This document shows, piece by piece, positions 27,188-34,265 of a DNA stretch of 49,882 nucleotides. Source of the DNA: a virus. How positions within the stretch are numbered: the first letter of the stretch is position 1; every line of letters starts with the position of its first letter. Under the pieces are notes generated by a model that ran no database searches, was not told the origin of the DNA, and worked only from the letters and a program-made list of their open reading frames with translations. The stretch is taken from the IMG/VR virus record IMGVR_UViG_3300045988_133688; one strand, 5' to 3'. Both the position numbers and the translations under genes were made by a program.

Positions 27188-27436
27188 TTCTAGGACACTT
27201 TTAGGTTTAAGATGTATATTTATATGGGTCAACTCATTTGAACGCGATAGAGGTCAAAAGAAGTGTATCTATCTATGAATTTTTATTGAGCCTAAAATAT
27301 AGATTTGATATGTTCTACGGCATTATGACTTGTGAACTTTACTGCAATATAGATAACTGTTAAATTTGAGGTAAAAAGTCGACTCATTCTCGCGCGTTCT
27401 AGGACACTTTTATTTTGAGCCCATATAAATATACAT
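27188..27436. repeat. Composite repeat: 16-bp direct repeat TTCTAGGACACTTTTA (27188..27203 and 27397..27412), each followed by one arm of a perfect 17-bp inverted repeat ATGTATATTTATATGGG (27212..27228) / CCCATATAAATATACAT (27420..27436)
   Basis: Read directly from the sequence. Confidence 0.9.
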
Positions 27437-27592
27437 TTTCAAAAAGAAATGAGGAGAGAATGAACGAGAGGCATGAAATTTCATATATTTTTAGGCTATC
27501 TTTATATATAAAATTCAAGCCATTGCAGCAATAAACCAGATGAAAAATTTTTATGTTAAAAGTGTTAAAACAGTGTTCTATATCAAATTTAT

Positions 27593-27605
27593 TTAGTACT
27601 TTAGC
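27593..27605 (+). promoter_or_regulatory. TTAGTACTTTAGC box, copy 2
   Basis: Identical to 22516..22528. Lies about 210 nt upstream of the ATG at 27816. Confidence 0.35.
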
Positions 27606-27815
27606 CTATAAAAGAATAAAGATAAAACTGTTAAAAAGTGTTACATACTAGAGTAGCTGATTGCAGCTTGGCCCTATTGGTTAGGCAGTTTGAGCCTGAG
27701 TGCTCGAACTGTATTGGGCGTATACATAACGGCTTATGTGCCGGATGCCCACGCAAGAGTCCTGCGTTGGTAGTAAAATTGGCCGAGAGAATATCCGCCA
27801 CAACTGGACAGGAGA

Positions 27816-28070
27816 ATGGCCAAGAGAATAACAGGAGAAATGTTGAACAATTTTAATATAAAAAGCAATATGGAAAATATCGAACAAGAGAATACCCAAG
27901 AGGTACAGCAAGAGAATAACTTGCTTGAAGGAGCTCAGCCTGTTGCTCTTTCAGAAGAAACAACAGAAATGCCACAAGCAGTTCAGTTAGTACAGCCCAA
28001 AGAAGCTATAGATAATATGGCAGAAATTGAAAGGCAGTATCGTGAAACAATTGAGCGGGAGAATATATGA
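27816..28070 (+). CDS. Acidic hypothetical protein (84 aa; start uncertain, alternatives at 27840 and 27870)
   Basis: ORF track. ATGA overlap with the next ORF. Confidence 0.55.
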   Translation: MAKRITGEMLNNFNIKSNMENIEQENTQEVQQENNLLEGAQPVALSEETTEMPQAVQLVQPKEAIDNMAEIERQYRETIERENI

Positions 28071-28543
28071 GCCAATTTAGACTTGATTACAGCCAAAAGC
28101 AGGAGATGCAAATTTCCAATGATGCATTTTTCTATTTGCTTGAGGAGGAAGAGCCGCTTGATGAAGAAAATCTTGAGGAGGCGCAAGAAATACTTGCAAT
28201 GTTTCCTCATGGCTTTTACATAGAAGAGAATTGGAAAGCCGTTGAAGACTCAGACCTTATTGAATGTGTCTTTGTTCCGTATGTTGAAGATGATATGGAC
28301 TTTGATGAATATATGGATTGTGGACCTTATCTTCAGGAGCAAATAAAATGGCTTGATGCTAATACTATCCGAGTGTGGTGGTATAGAGTAAAAACTGGCG
28401 TAAGAGAATTGCGAGGTGATTTTAAGGTTTATACCAATAAATTTGGGCATAGGTGCTTTCATACAGGAAATCAAGACCAGGAATTTGAGGCAGGAAAAAT
28501 GAGCCTGTATTTTCTGAAGCATTTTAAGAAGAAAAATAGTTAA
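28067..28543 (+). CDS. Strongly acidic hypothetical protein (158 aa)
   Basis: LLEEEEPLDEENLEEAQE and VEDDMDFDEYMD runs. Last gene before the convergent terminator. Confidence 0.65.
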   Translation: MSQFRLDYSQKQEMQISNDAFFYLLEEEEPLDEENLEEAQEILAMFPHGFYIEENWKAVEDSDLIECVFVPYVEDDMDFDEYMDCGPYLQEQIKWLDANTIRVWWYRVKTGVRELRGDFKVYTNKFGHRCFHTGNQDQEFEAGKMSLYFLKHFKKKNS

Positions 28544-28557
28544 TAGCCTAACAAGAG

Positions 28558-28600
28558 AAATATAGCGGGAGAATACATTAAGTAATTTCCCGCTATTTTT
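28558..28600. terminator. Bidirectional terminator between convergent operons
   Basis: ATAGCGGGA (28562..28570) pairs with TCCCGCTAT (28588..28596). Flanked by AAA upstream and TTTT downstream. Confidence 0.75.
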
Positions 28601-29310
28601 TATTCTTCCCGTATAACGAGAGAATAACCTAAAGCTCGCTTAGTTACAATCGATATTCTCTCATCCATTTTAAGATAATTTCGTAAATGGCATATATTTA
28701 CATCTAAGCTACGTTTATTCCAGTAATTATTTTCCCCTCGCCATAGTCTTTGCATTATTACACTTGTTTGTAATACCTCGCCTTCATAAGCACAAAGTAA
28801 AGCGAGCAGTTGAGTTTCTTTGGCAGGGAGCTTTATTTCAGTATTATCTATAGCAAGTGTATCACTAAGAACGTCAAATCTGTAATTGCCCAATCGATAA
28901 GCATTTTGAATTGTTCTTGTCTTTATGCCGCATCGTTTAAGGGCTATATTTATTTTACGCACAAGTATTTCAAGATTATACGGCCTGATTATATAGTCAT
29001 CTGCACCTTCATCATAAGCTTCAATTATGAATTGGTATTTTGACAAATCAGAAACCATAATAACAGGTGTAGACTTATCCGCTTTGCGCAGAATTTTCAA
29101 TAAAGATAAGTTGCCTATACCTACAGATTTATAATGGCTTAAAATGCATAAATCATAGCCGCCATTTTTTATCTTCTGTATTATATCTTCTCTGTTTGAA
29201 GTTATAACATCAAAACCGTAAAATATAAGGTAGTCAACCATTATGCTACAGTCTTCATCTTGATAAACAAGAATTTTCGGTTGTGATATAGCATCTTTAG
29301 AAGTTTTCAT
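28600..29310 (-). CDS. Atypical OmpR/PhoB-family response regulator (degenerate receiver plus winged-helix DNA-binding domain)
   Basis: Receiver-like KILVYQDED...YDLCILSHY...TPVIMVSD...GADDYIIRPY. Trans_reg_C-like YRLGNYRFD...LPAKETQLLALL...RLW...RSLDVNICHLRNYL...IVTKRALGYSL. Confidence 0.8.
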   Translation of the reverse strand: MKTSKDAISQPKILVYQDEDCSIMVDYLIFYGFDVITSNREDIIQKIKNGGYDLCILSHYKSVGIGNLSLLKILRKADKSTPVIMVSDLSKYQFIIEAYDEGADDYIIRPYNLEILVRKINIALKRCGIKTRTIQNAYRLGNYRFDVLSDTLAIDNTEIKLPAKETQLLALLCAYEGEVLQTSVIMQRLWRGENNYWNKRSLDVNICHLRNYLKMDERISIVTKRALGYSLVIREE

Positions 29311-30167
29311 AAATTGTCAATTTTATTTTTTAAGTCGTTAAACAGTATTTCAAACCAAAATGGATTTAGCCTAAGCAAGTCAAAATAAGAATATACGCCT
29401 TTACGAACTATCATAGAGGCATATTTTAATTCTTTTTCTGCTCTTACCTTATTGTGCGTATTATAAGACGCAACAGCCTTATCTATGTTTATAAGATAAT
29501 TTGCATACTTTATTGACTTTTGGAGCTCTGCTTGTTCCGTATTTTGTTTGAAATAATAAGGTATATCAGGCATTGCCCAGAATGTTTGTCCTTCGCCATA
29601 TTCCTTACTTGCTCTATATAAAAAACCAGGACACTCTTTCATTGACTCTGGATATATCATCTTACAAATCCTAATTCTTCTTGGTATTAAAGGATTGATA
29701 AGAGTTGCTAATCTTTTATTTATATAAGTTGCATATTTCTCTATCATTCTAGTATGCTCAGCAGTAAGTAGAGTTATAAGCAACTTAAGATTATCATTTC
29801 CTATAGGGTCACTAAGTCGTAAATAATCCTGATTAAAAGCCATTCGTTGTATGGCAATTCTATCTTCTTTAAGCTTTCTGCGTTTTGCTTCTCGAGTTCT
29901 CTGTGCTTTTTTATAGGCTTCGATGATAGCAGGCTTACTGAAGAAATACTTACCGAATTTTCGCCAAGCATCATCTCCATAGTAAGCCTCTATCATTGCA
30001 TTTTCTTCTGACTCAGATAATTCAGTATGCTCTTCTTCAAGTTCTATCTTTTCAATAGCCTCATTTTGAGCTTCCTCAATCTCTTCATCATCACCTTTTA
30101 TTTCGCTAAGAAATTCAAGATATTCCTTATCTGTTAAGTCACCATATCTTTCTTCGATGTTTTCCAT
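29307..30167 (-). CDS. Hypothetical protein with acidic N-terminus (286 aa)
   Basis: ORF track. 4-nt overlap with the regulator gene. Confidence 0.65.
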   Translation of the reverse strand: MENIEERYGDLTDKEYLEFLSEIKGDDEEIEEAQNEAIEKIELEEEHTELSESEENAMIEAYYGDDAWRKFGKYFFSKPAIIEAYKKAQRTREAKRRKLKEDRIAIQRMAFNQDYLRLSDPIGNDNLKLLITLLTAEHTRMIEKYATYINKRLATLINPLIPRRIRICKMIYPESMKECPGFLYRASKEYGEGQTFWAMPDIPYYFKQNTEQAELQKSIKYANYLINIDKAVASYNTHNKVRAEKELKYASMIVRKGVYSYFDLLRLNPFWFEILFNDLKNKIDNL

Positions 30168-30339
30168 GCCAGGTAAACAAATGCTTAATTATGTCTTTGC
30201 CAACTGTCTTTTCAAGCATTCCAAAATAGGAAATTGCTAATGCCAATCTTGCTACTTTATGAAGCAGCCAAGAGGCAATATATACCGGAGCGTATACTAC
30301 TCCAAGGCATATCCATACAAATTTAGCTATCTTTTTCAT
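30139..30339 (-). CDS. Small membrane protein (66 aa)
   Basis: Hydrophobic segment FVWICLGVVYAPVYIASWLL. ORF track. Confidence 0.5.
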   Translation of the reverse strand: MKKIAKFVWICLGVVYAPVYIASWLLHKVARLALAISYFGMLEKTVGKDIIKHLFTWHGKHRRKIW

Positions 30340-30340
30340 A

Positions 30341-30712
30341 TTAGTTATCTTTCTTTATACCTACTACTTGTTGTTTACCTTCTTGCTCTTCTTCAGCTTG
30401 TTTTAGTTCAACATAGGTTCTATGAAAAGCTTCATCACCTATTCCTTTAATAAAGGTTCTAAGCACAGAAGGATATTCATTTGTATCTATGGTTTTATCA
30501 ACTACTTTAACATAGAGAGCCGCAAGAGCTTTAGGCCCAAATACTTTCTTTTCTTGAAGTCTCTCAATAGGACCTCTTTTGAATTGAACACCTGGATGCT
30601 CATTCATTATCTTCGTGCGAGTTAGGAATAAATCCTTAATCAAAGCCTCAATGTGCTTTTCAAACTGAGGCATTTGTACCACATCAATTACCTTTAAGTC
30701 TGCTACTTTCAT
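30341..30712 (-). CDS. Hypothetical protein (123 aa)
   Basis: ORF track. Tightly coupled to neighbours. Confidence 0.6.
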   Translation of the reverse strand: MKVADLKVIDVVQMPQFEKHIEALIKDLFLTRTKIMNEHPGVQFKRGPIERLQEKKVFGPKALAALYVKVVDKTIDTNEYPSVLRTFIKGIGDEAFHRTYVELKQAEEEQEGKQQVVGIKKDN

Positions 30713-31395
30713 TCTTCCAATTTTTTAAGCTGTTCTTTATAAAAATTTTCTTTCATATCCCAGTGCCTTTCATATATATGAAGGTCATGAGCAAAATGGT
30801 AATATGTACCTATAGGCAAACCAAGTTCATCGGCTACTAACTGTTGAAGCTTGGTCCAGCAATACTGGTCATTACAAAAGCCATAAACCAAATCATTGCT
30901 TCGCATAGTTACACACATATCAAGAGTTTCAATGCCTGGCTTAATATCAAAACCTACAGACAAAGTACAAGGAGTATCATATTTATAATCATCCTTTTCT
31001 TTGCCATCAAAGATTGTAAACCAAGCTTGACGAGTATCTTTATTCTTTTTGAGCTGTTCAATGCATTTGGCTAATTGCTTATTGCGTGTCCACTGCCAAC
31101 CATAATTTGAATTGACTATGTTATCGCCTCCATGCATTTTATCCCACATAGGAGCAAACTTCTTAATTTCTGCTACGCTTCTATCGCCTGACATATACCA
31201 GGCATATTCGCGTTCAGCATATCGTTCGCTGAATTTGCGCCATTCTGTTGTTATAACGCGTTGCTGAGGATTACGTAAATAAAAGCCAACATTGTAAACA
31301 GCCTTTGTTCCAACATTAGTTTTTACTCCTTGACCTATAATAAAACCATATAGGTCCTCAAAAGCCTCAGTTGCATTTTTATATGCTATATTCAT
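30709..31395 (-). CDS. Deoxycytidylate (dCMP) hydroxymethylase-like enzyme, thymidylate-synthase superfamily
   Basis: EREYAWY, NSNYGWQW, catalytic-Cys context DTPCTLS, and MRSNDLVYGFCND ending in Asp rather than the Asn of thymidylate synthases. Confidence 0.75.
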   Translation of the reverse strand: MNIAYKNATEAFEDLYGFIIGQGVKTNVGTKAVYNVGFYLRNPQQRVITTEWRKFSERYAEREYAWYMSGDRSVAEIKKFAPMWDKMHGGDNIVNSNYGWQWTRNKQLAKCIEQLKKNKDTRQAWFTIFDGKEKDDYKYDTPCTLSVGFDIKPGIETLDMCVTMRSNDLVYGFCNDQYCWTKLQQLVADELGLPIGTYYHFAHDLHIYERHWDMKENFYKEQLKKLEE

Positions 31396-31553
31396 GCTTC
31401 TTCATATTCAAAGTTTAACACTAGAGTTGCGCCATAGTCATACCAGAGAACTTCTTCAAGCTCTTCTTTTGTATGGCAATTATATCGGCACATCTCAGCT
31501 TCTAAGTCAGCCGGACTATCTATTATAAGAGTATTTTCAGCTATTGTTGCCAT
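31392..31553 (-). CDS. Small hypothetical protein (53 aa from the ATG at 31553)
   Basis: Track ORF 31392..31619. The ATG at 31553 lies 1 nt after the upstream stop. Confidence 0.5.
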   Translation of the reverse strand: MATIAENTLIIDSPADLEAEMCRYNCHTKEELEEVLWYDYGATLVLNFEYEEA

Positions 31554-31554
31554 A

Positions 31555-32010
31555 TCATTTAACAGGTTTATTTGTATTGCTATTGTAAACTCTAAACAAA
31601 AGCTCTTCGGCTTCATCATTCATGGCTTTGCATATAGCTAATGCTTCTTCCATGGATAAATCTTTGAGCTCTTCATCGTCGTCATTAAAAGCAATTTCAC
31701 CAGTTATTACTCTAATCTCAAACGAATTGGTTAAAGCAAATGTTTTAGCTGCATCGAGTGCTTGTACGCATATATAATGTACAGCATCCCAATATATGTA
31801 TGATAAGGTATTTGAGCCATCCAGTATCTTGATATATAATTCTCTCAACTTCTCAGGCTTAAACATACCTTGCTCATCCATTCGCCTATATTCAGCGAGC
31901 CATCTTCCATAACCGTTTGTTGCTCTAAATCTGTTAGCATAAACTGCTACAAATCTGAGAAACTGGTCTGTATAAATAACTTCTGGTATTTCTACTGCTT
32001 TCTTTTTCAT
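31555..32010 (-). CDS. Hypothetical protein (151 aa from the ATG at 32010)
   Basis: Track ORF 31555..32046. The ATG at 32010 forms an ATGA overlap with the stop of the 58-aa ORF upstream. Confidence 0.6.
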   Translation of the reverse strand: MKKKAVEIPEVIYTDQFLRFVAVYANRFRATNGYGRWLAEYRRMDEQGMFKPEKLRELYIKILDGSNTLSYIYWDAVHYICVQALDAAKTFALTNSFEIRVITGEIAFNDDDEELKDLSMEEALAICKAMNDEAEELLFRVYNSNTNKPVK

Positions 32011-32183
32011 TTGCTGAATTTTTGTTTCAAATATGAAAAATTCCACATAATGGTCTCATATACTTCTTCAGGCTCATGTATTAGTATTGCTCCACGACAT
32101 ATATCGGTCATATTTATTGTGCCTTTATTACGAAGTTTCACAAATTTGAAAAATTGCTCTTTTGTTATTTCTTCTGCTTTCAT
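32007..32183 (-). CDS. Small hypothetical protein (58 aa, below the ORF-track cutoff)
   Basis: My own translation: MKAEEITKEQFFKFVKLRNKGTINMTDICRGAILIHEPEEVYETIMWNFSYLKQKFSK. It fills an otherwise empty gap. Confidence 0.5.
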   Translation of the reverse strand: MKAEEITKEQFFKFVKLRNKGTINMTDICRGAILIHEPEEVYETIMWNFSYLKQKFSK

Positions 32184-32200
32184 ACGCTTAAGATTTATAT

Positions 32201-32285
32201 ATTCTCGCGCGCTCTAGAGCCCATGCGTTTTTCTGAATATATTTCTTTTGTTTCATACTTTGCATGCGATATTACGCGCGAGAAT
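32201..32285. repeat. 11-bp inverted repeat ATTCTCGCGCG (32201..32211) / CGCGCGAGAAT (32275..32285), 63-nt spacer
   Basis: Read directly. Lies in the intergenic gap between the dUTPase-like gene and the 58-aa ORF. Confidence 0.9.
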
Positions 32286-32304
32286 AATGTATAAATCAAT
32301 TCAT

Positions 32305-32799
32305 TTAATAACTTCCAGTCGAGCCCATAGCTCCATCACCTCTTTCAGAAGAACGACTAAAAAGCTCTGCTTCAGGTACTTCTTCAAGTCCTTCATAAGA
32401 CACAGGCACAAGAATAAACTGCGCTATCTTCATACCTGGTTTAATGTGAACTTTGGCTCTACCGACATTCACAACATGAATATGTATCTCTCCCTGATAG
32501 TCTTCGTCGACAATCTTGGCACCGAGTATAACAATACTTTCAAATGCCTCTGCCTTCGGTGTTCTACCAGCTCCAAGGCATGCCCATTTAGAAGTTACTA
32601 CACCTGATTTGTCAGCGGCCATAAGCATATAGCCCTCGGGAATTTCCATCTTAATACCAGACGGTATAAGAACATCAGTTCCTGGATTGACTATAAAGCC
32701 TTTGTTACCGCCAAAATTTGGAACGAAGAAATCAATTCCAGCAGCTTTACCAGTTCCACGAACTGGAGACTTTACATTTCTTATTTTGCAGAATTTCAT
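32305..32799 (-). CDS. dut: Trimeric dUTPase-fold nucleotide pyrophosphatase
   Basis: AAGIDFF (motif I), GAKIVDEDYQGEI (motif III), RGDGAMGSTG (motif V). Motif II is DKSG instead of the usual (P/G)RSS. Confidence 0.8.
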   Translation of the reverse strand: MKFCKIRNVKSPVRGTGKAAGIDFFVPNFGGNKGFIVNPGTDVLIPSGIKMEIPEGYMLMAADKSGVVTSKWACLGAGRTPKAEAFESIVILGAKIVDEDYQGEIHIHVVNVGRAKVHIKPGMKIAQFILVPVSYEGLEEVPEAELFSRSSERGDGAMGSTGSY

Positions 32800-32800
32800 A

Positions 32801-33613
32801 TTACTTCTTTTTATTACTTGGTTTTTCTACTGGAGCTTTAGGAGCTTTTACGTCTCCGGGTTTACGCTTCAATACCCAAAGAGTATTGCGTGCCACACCA
32901 GGGAACATAGGAGCCATGATATTGGCAATGAGATTTGAGTCGTAATAACTCTTAAGAGCTTCAAACATCTTCTTTTGCCAATCATTCATGAGAGGCTTGT
33001 AGTCCTTCATTGAAGCAAATGTACCAAACTTCTTTACGATAGTAAAGTGCTGAGACAGTATAGCTTCGAGCTCCCAATGGTCAAACTCTTGTACATCAAC
33101 CCCGCGGCCATCGCCAGAGTCATAAGTGTGATTACCTGCCGCTCCTACTTCTGGGTCATAGTTAGGAGTTGAAAGGTAATAAGTAGCATTGTTATTGCCA
33201 CAGGCCTTGAAGTTCTCAAGAAATACGTGAGCATTCTGCTTTCCTACATGCTCAAGCACCTCAAAGGTACATACCTTGTCAGCATTGAATTTGCTGAAGT
33301 CCAAGTCATGTTTTACAAGGTCAGCTACATAGAAATGGGCCCAAGGCACATCCTGATACTTCTCGGCCGCTTCATTGATAGTCTTTTCGCGAATATCGAT
33401 GCCGATATACTCTTTCTGCTTGAACTTGTTTCGATACAATACTTCAAGCAAGTTAGCTGCTCCACAGCCGAAGTCTACGATTGACTCGCCAATCTTTGCT
33501 TCCTTGAGAATGTGCGTCCAACGCAAGTAATGCGCAAACTGGTCTCTGTGAAATACGTGACGCTCAAAGGCCTGGTCTGGTCTGAGGTCTGTTGTGTTAT
33601 ACACTTTCGCCAT
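32801..33613 (-). CDS. Class I SAM-dependent methyltransferase with a Lys/Pro-rich basic tail
   Basis: IVDFGCGAANLLE (motif I), IGIDI, CTFEVLEHV. C-terminus KPGDVKAPKAPVEKPSNKKK. Substrate not inferable. Confidence 0.7.
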   Translation of the reverse strand: MAKVYNTTDLRPDQAFERHVFHRDQFAHYLRWTHILKEAKIGESIVDFGCGAANLLEVLYRNKFKQKEYIGIDIREKTINEAAEKYQDVPWAHFYVADLVKHDLDFSKFNADKVCTFEVLEHVGKQNAHVFLENFKACGNNNATYYLSTPNYDPEVGAAGNHTYDSGDGRGVDVQEFDHWELEAILSQHFTIVKKFGTFASMKDYKPLMNDWQKKMFEALKSYYDSNLIANIMAPMFPGVARNTLWVLKRKPGDVKAPKAPVEKPSNKKK

Positions 33614-33627
33614 AATTAAAAAACTGT

Positions 33628-33918
33628 TTATTTATTGAAAATATCTTTATGCTCTTCCAGATAGTCATTCATAGAGCCCATATAAGCTACTGCATCAAGA
33701 AGATTATCCTCTTTATGCGCATAAGCTTCGCGTGATAACTTAAGAGCTATCATGGCTCTATACATACCAGCAGTTGTTATTTGCTGGTCTTTGGGCGACA
33801 TCAAATTATAAAGAGCCGCTGCTCTTTCCATTGACGCCTGGAATGGCCCGTATTGGCGCTCTTTTTCTTCTGAGCGCTCATTTACGATTTTGTTTGCTTG
33901 TTCTAAGATGTTAGCCAT
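33628..33918 (-). CDS. Small all-alpha protein resembling the MazG-like / DUF6378 (dATP/dGTP diphosphohydrolase N-terminal) family
   Basis: Pattern ...ERQYGPF...MIALKLSRE...DNLLDAVAYMG. Family assigned from memory. Confidence 0.4.
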   Translation of the reverse strand: MANILEQANKIVNERSEEKERQYGPFQASMERAAALYNLMSPKDQQITTAGMYRAMIALKLSREAYAHKEDNLLDAVAYMGSMNDYLEEHKDIFNK

Positions 33919-34159
33919 TGTTTATTAAAGTTTTAAGTTCTTCTTTTAATCTTCTTGCATCTGCTCCTCTAAATGTTTGAGCATTGGCCAAGAAGTATCT
34001 TGTAATATCTCCGGCCGTCTCAATTCCATATAGAGCTTCTGGGTCTGTTGTATCAAGCGTTAATAATGCCTCAAGATAAGGCACTGCTCCAAAGTATATA
34101 TTCATCCAAGTTGACTTTACGTCTCTGGCTATTTGCTGAAATGTTCTTTTCTTGTCCAT
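33911..34159 (-). CDS. Hypothetical protein (82 aa)
   Basis: ORF track. Has its own promoter box at 34177..34193. Confidence 0.6.
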   Translation of the reverse strand: MDKKRTFQQIARDVKSTWMNIYFGAVPYLEALLTLDTTDPEALYGIETAGDITRYFLANAQTFRGADARRLKEELKTLINNG

Positions 34160-34176
34160 TTTTCTATTCTTATTTT

Positions 34177-34193
34177 AGATATGCAAATATACT
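34177..34193 (-). promoter_or_regulatory. Internal promoter box (minus-strand reading AGTATATTTGCATATCT)
   Basis: Contains TAnnTTTG. Flanking sequence is homologous to the 44195..44260 promoter region. Confidence 0.5.
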
Positions 34194-34265
34194 AATTTTC
34201 TCCGAGAATAGAAAATTTTTCCTCATAAAAATTACATATTTAACACTTCTTAACTTGGCCACGCA

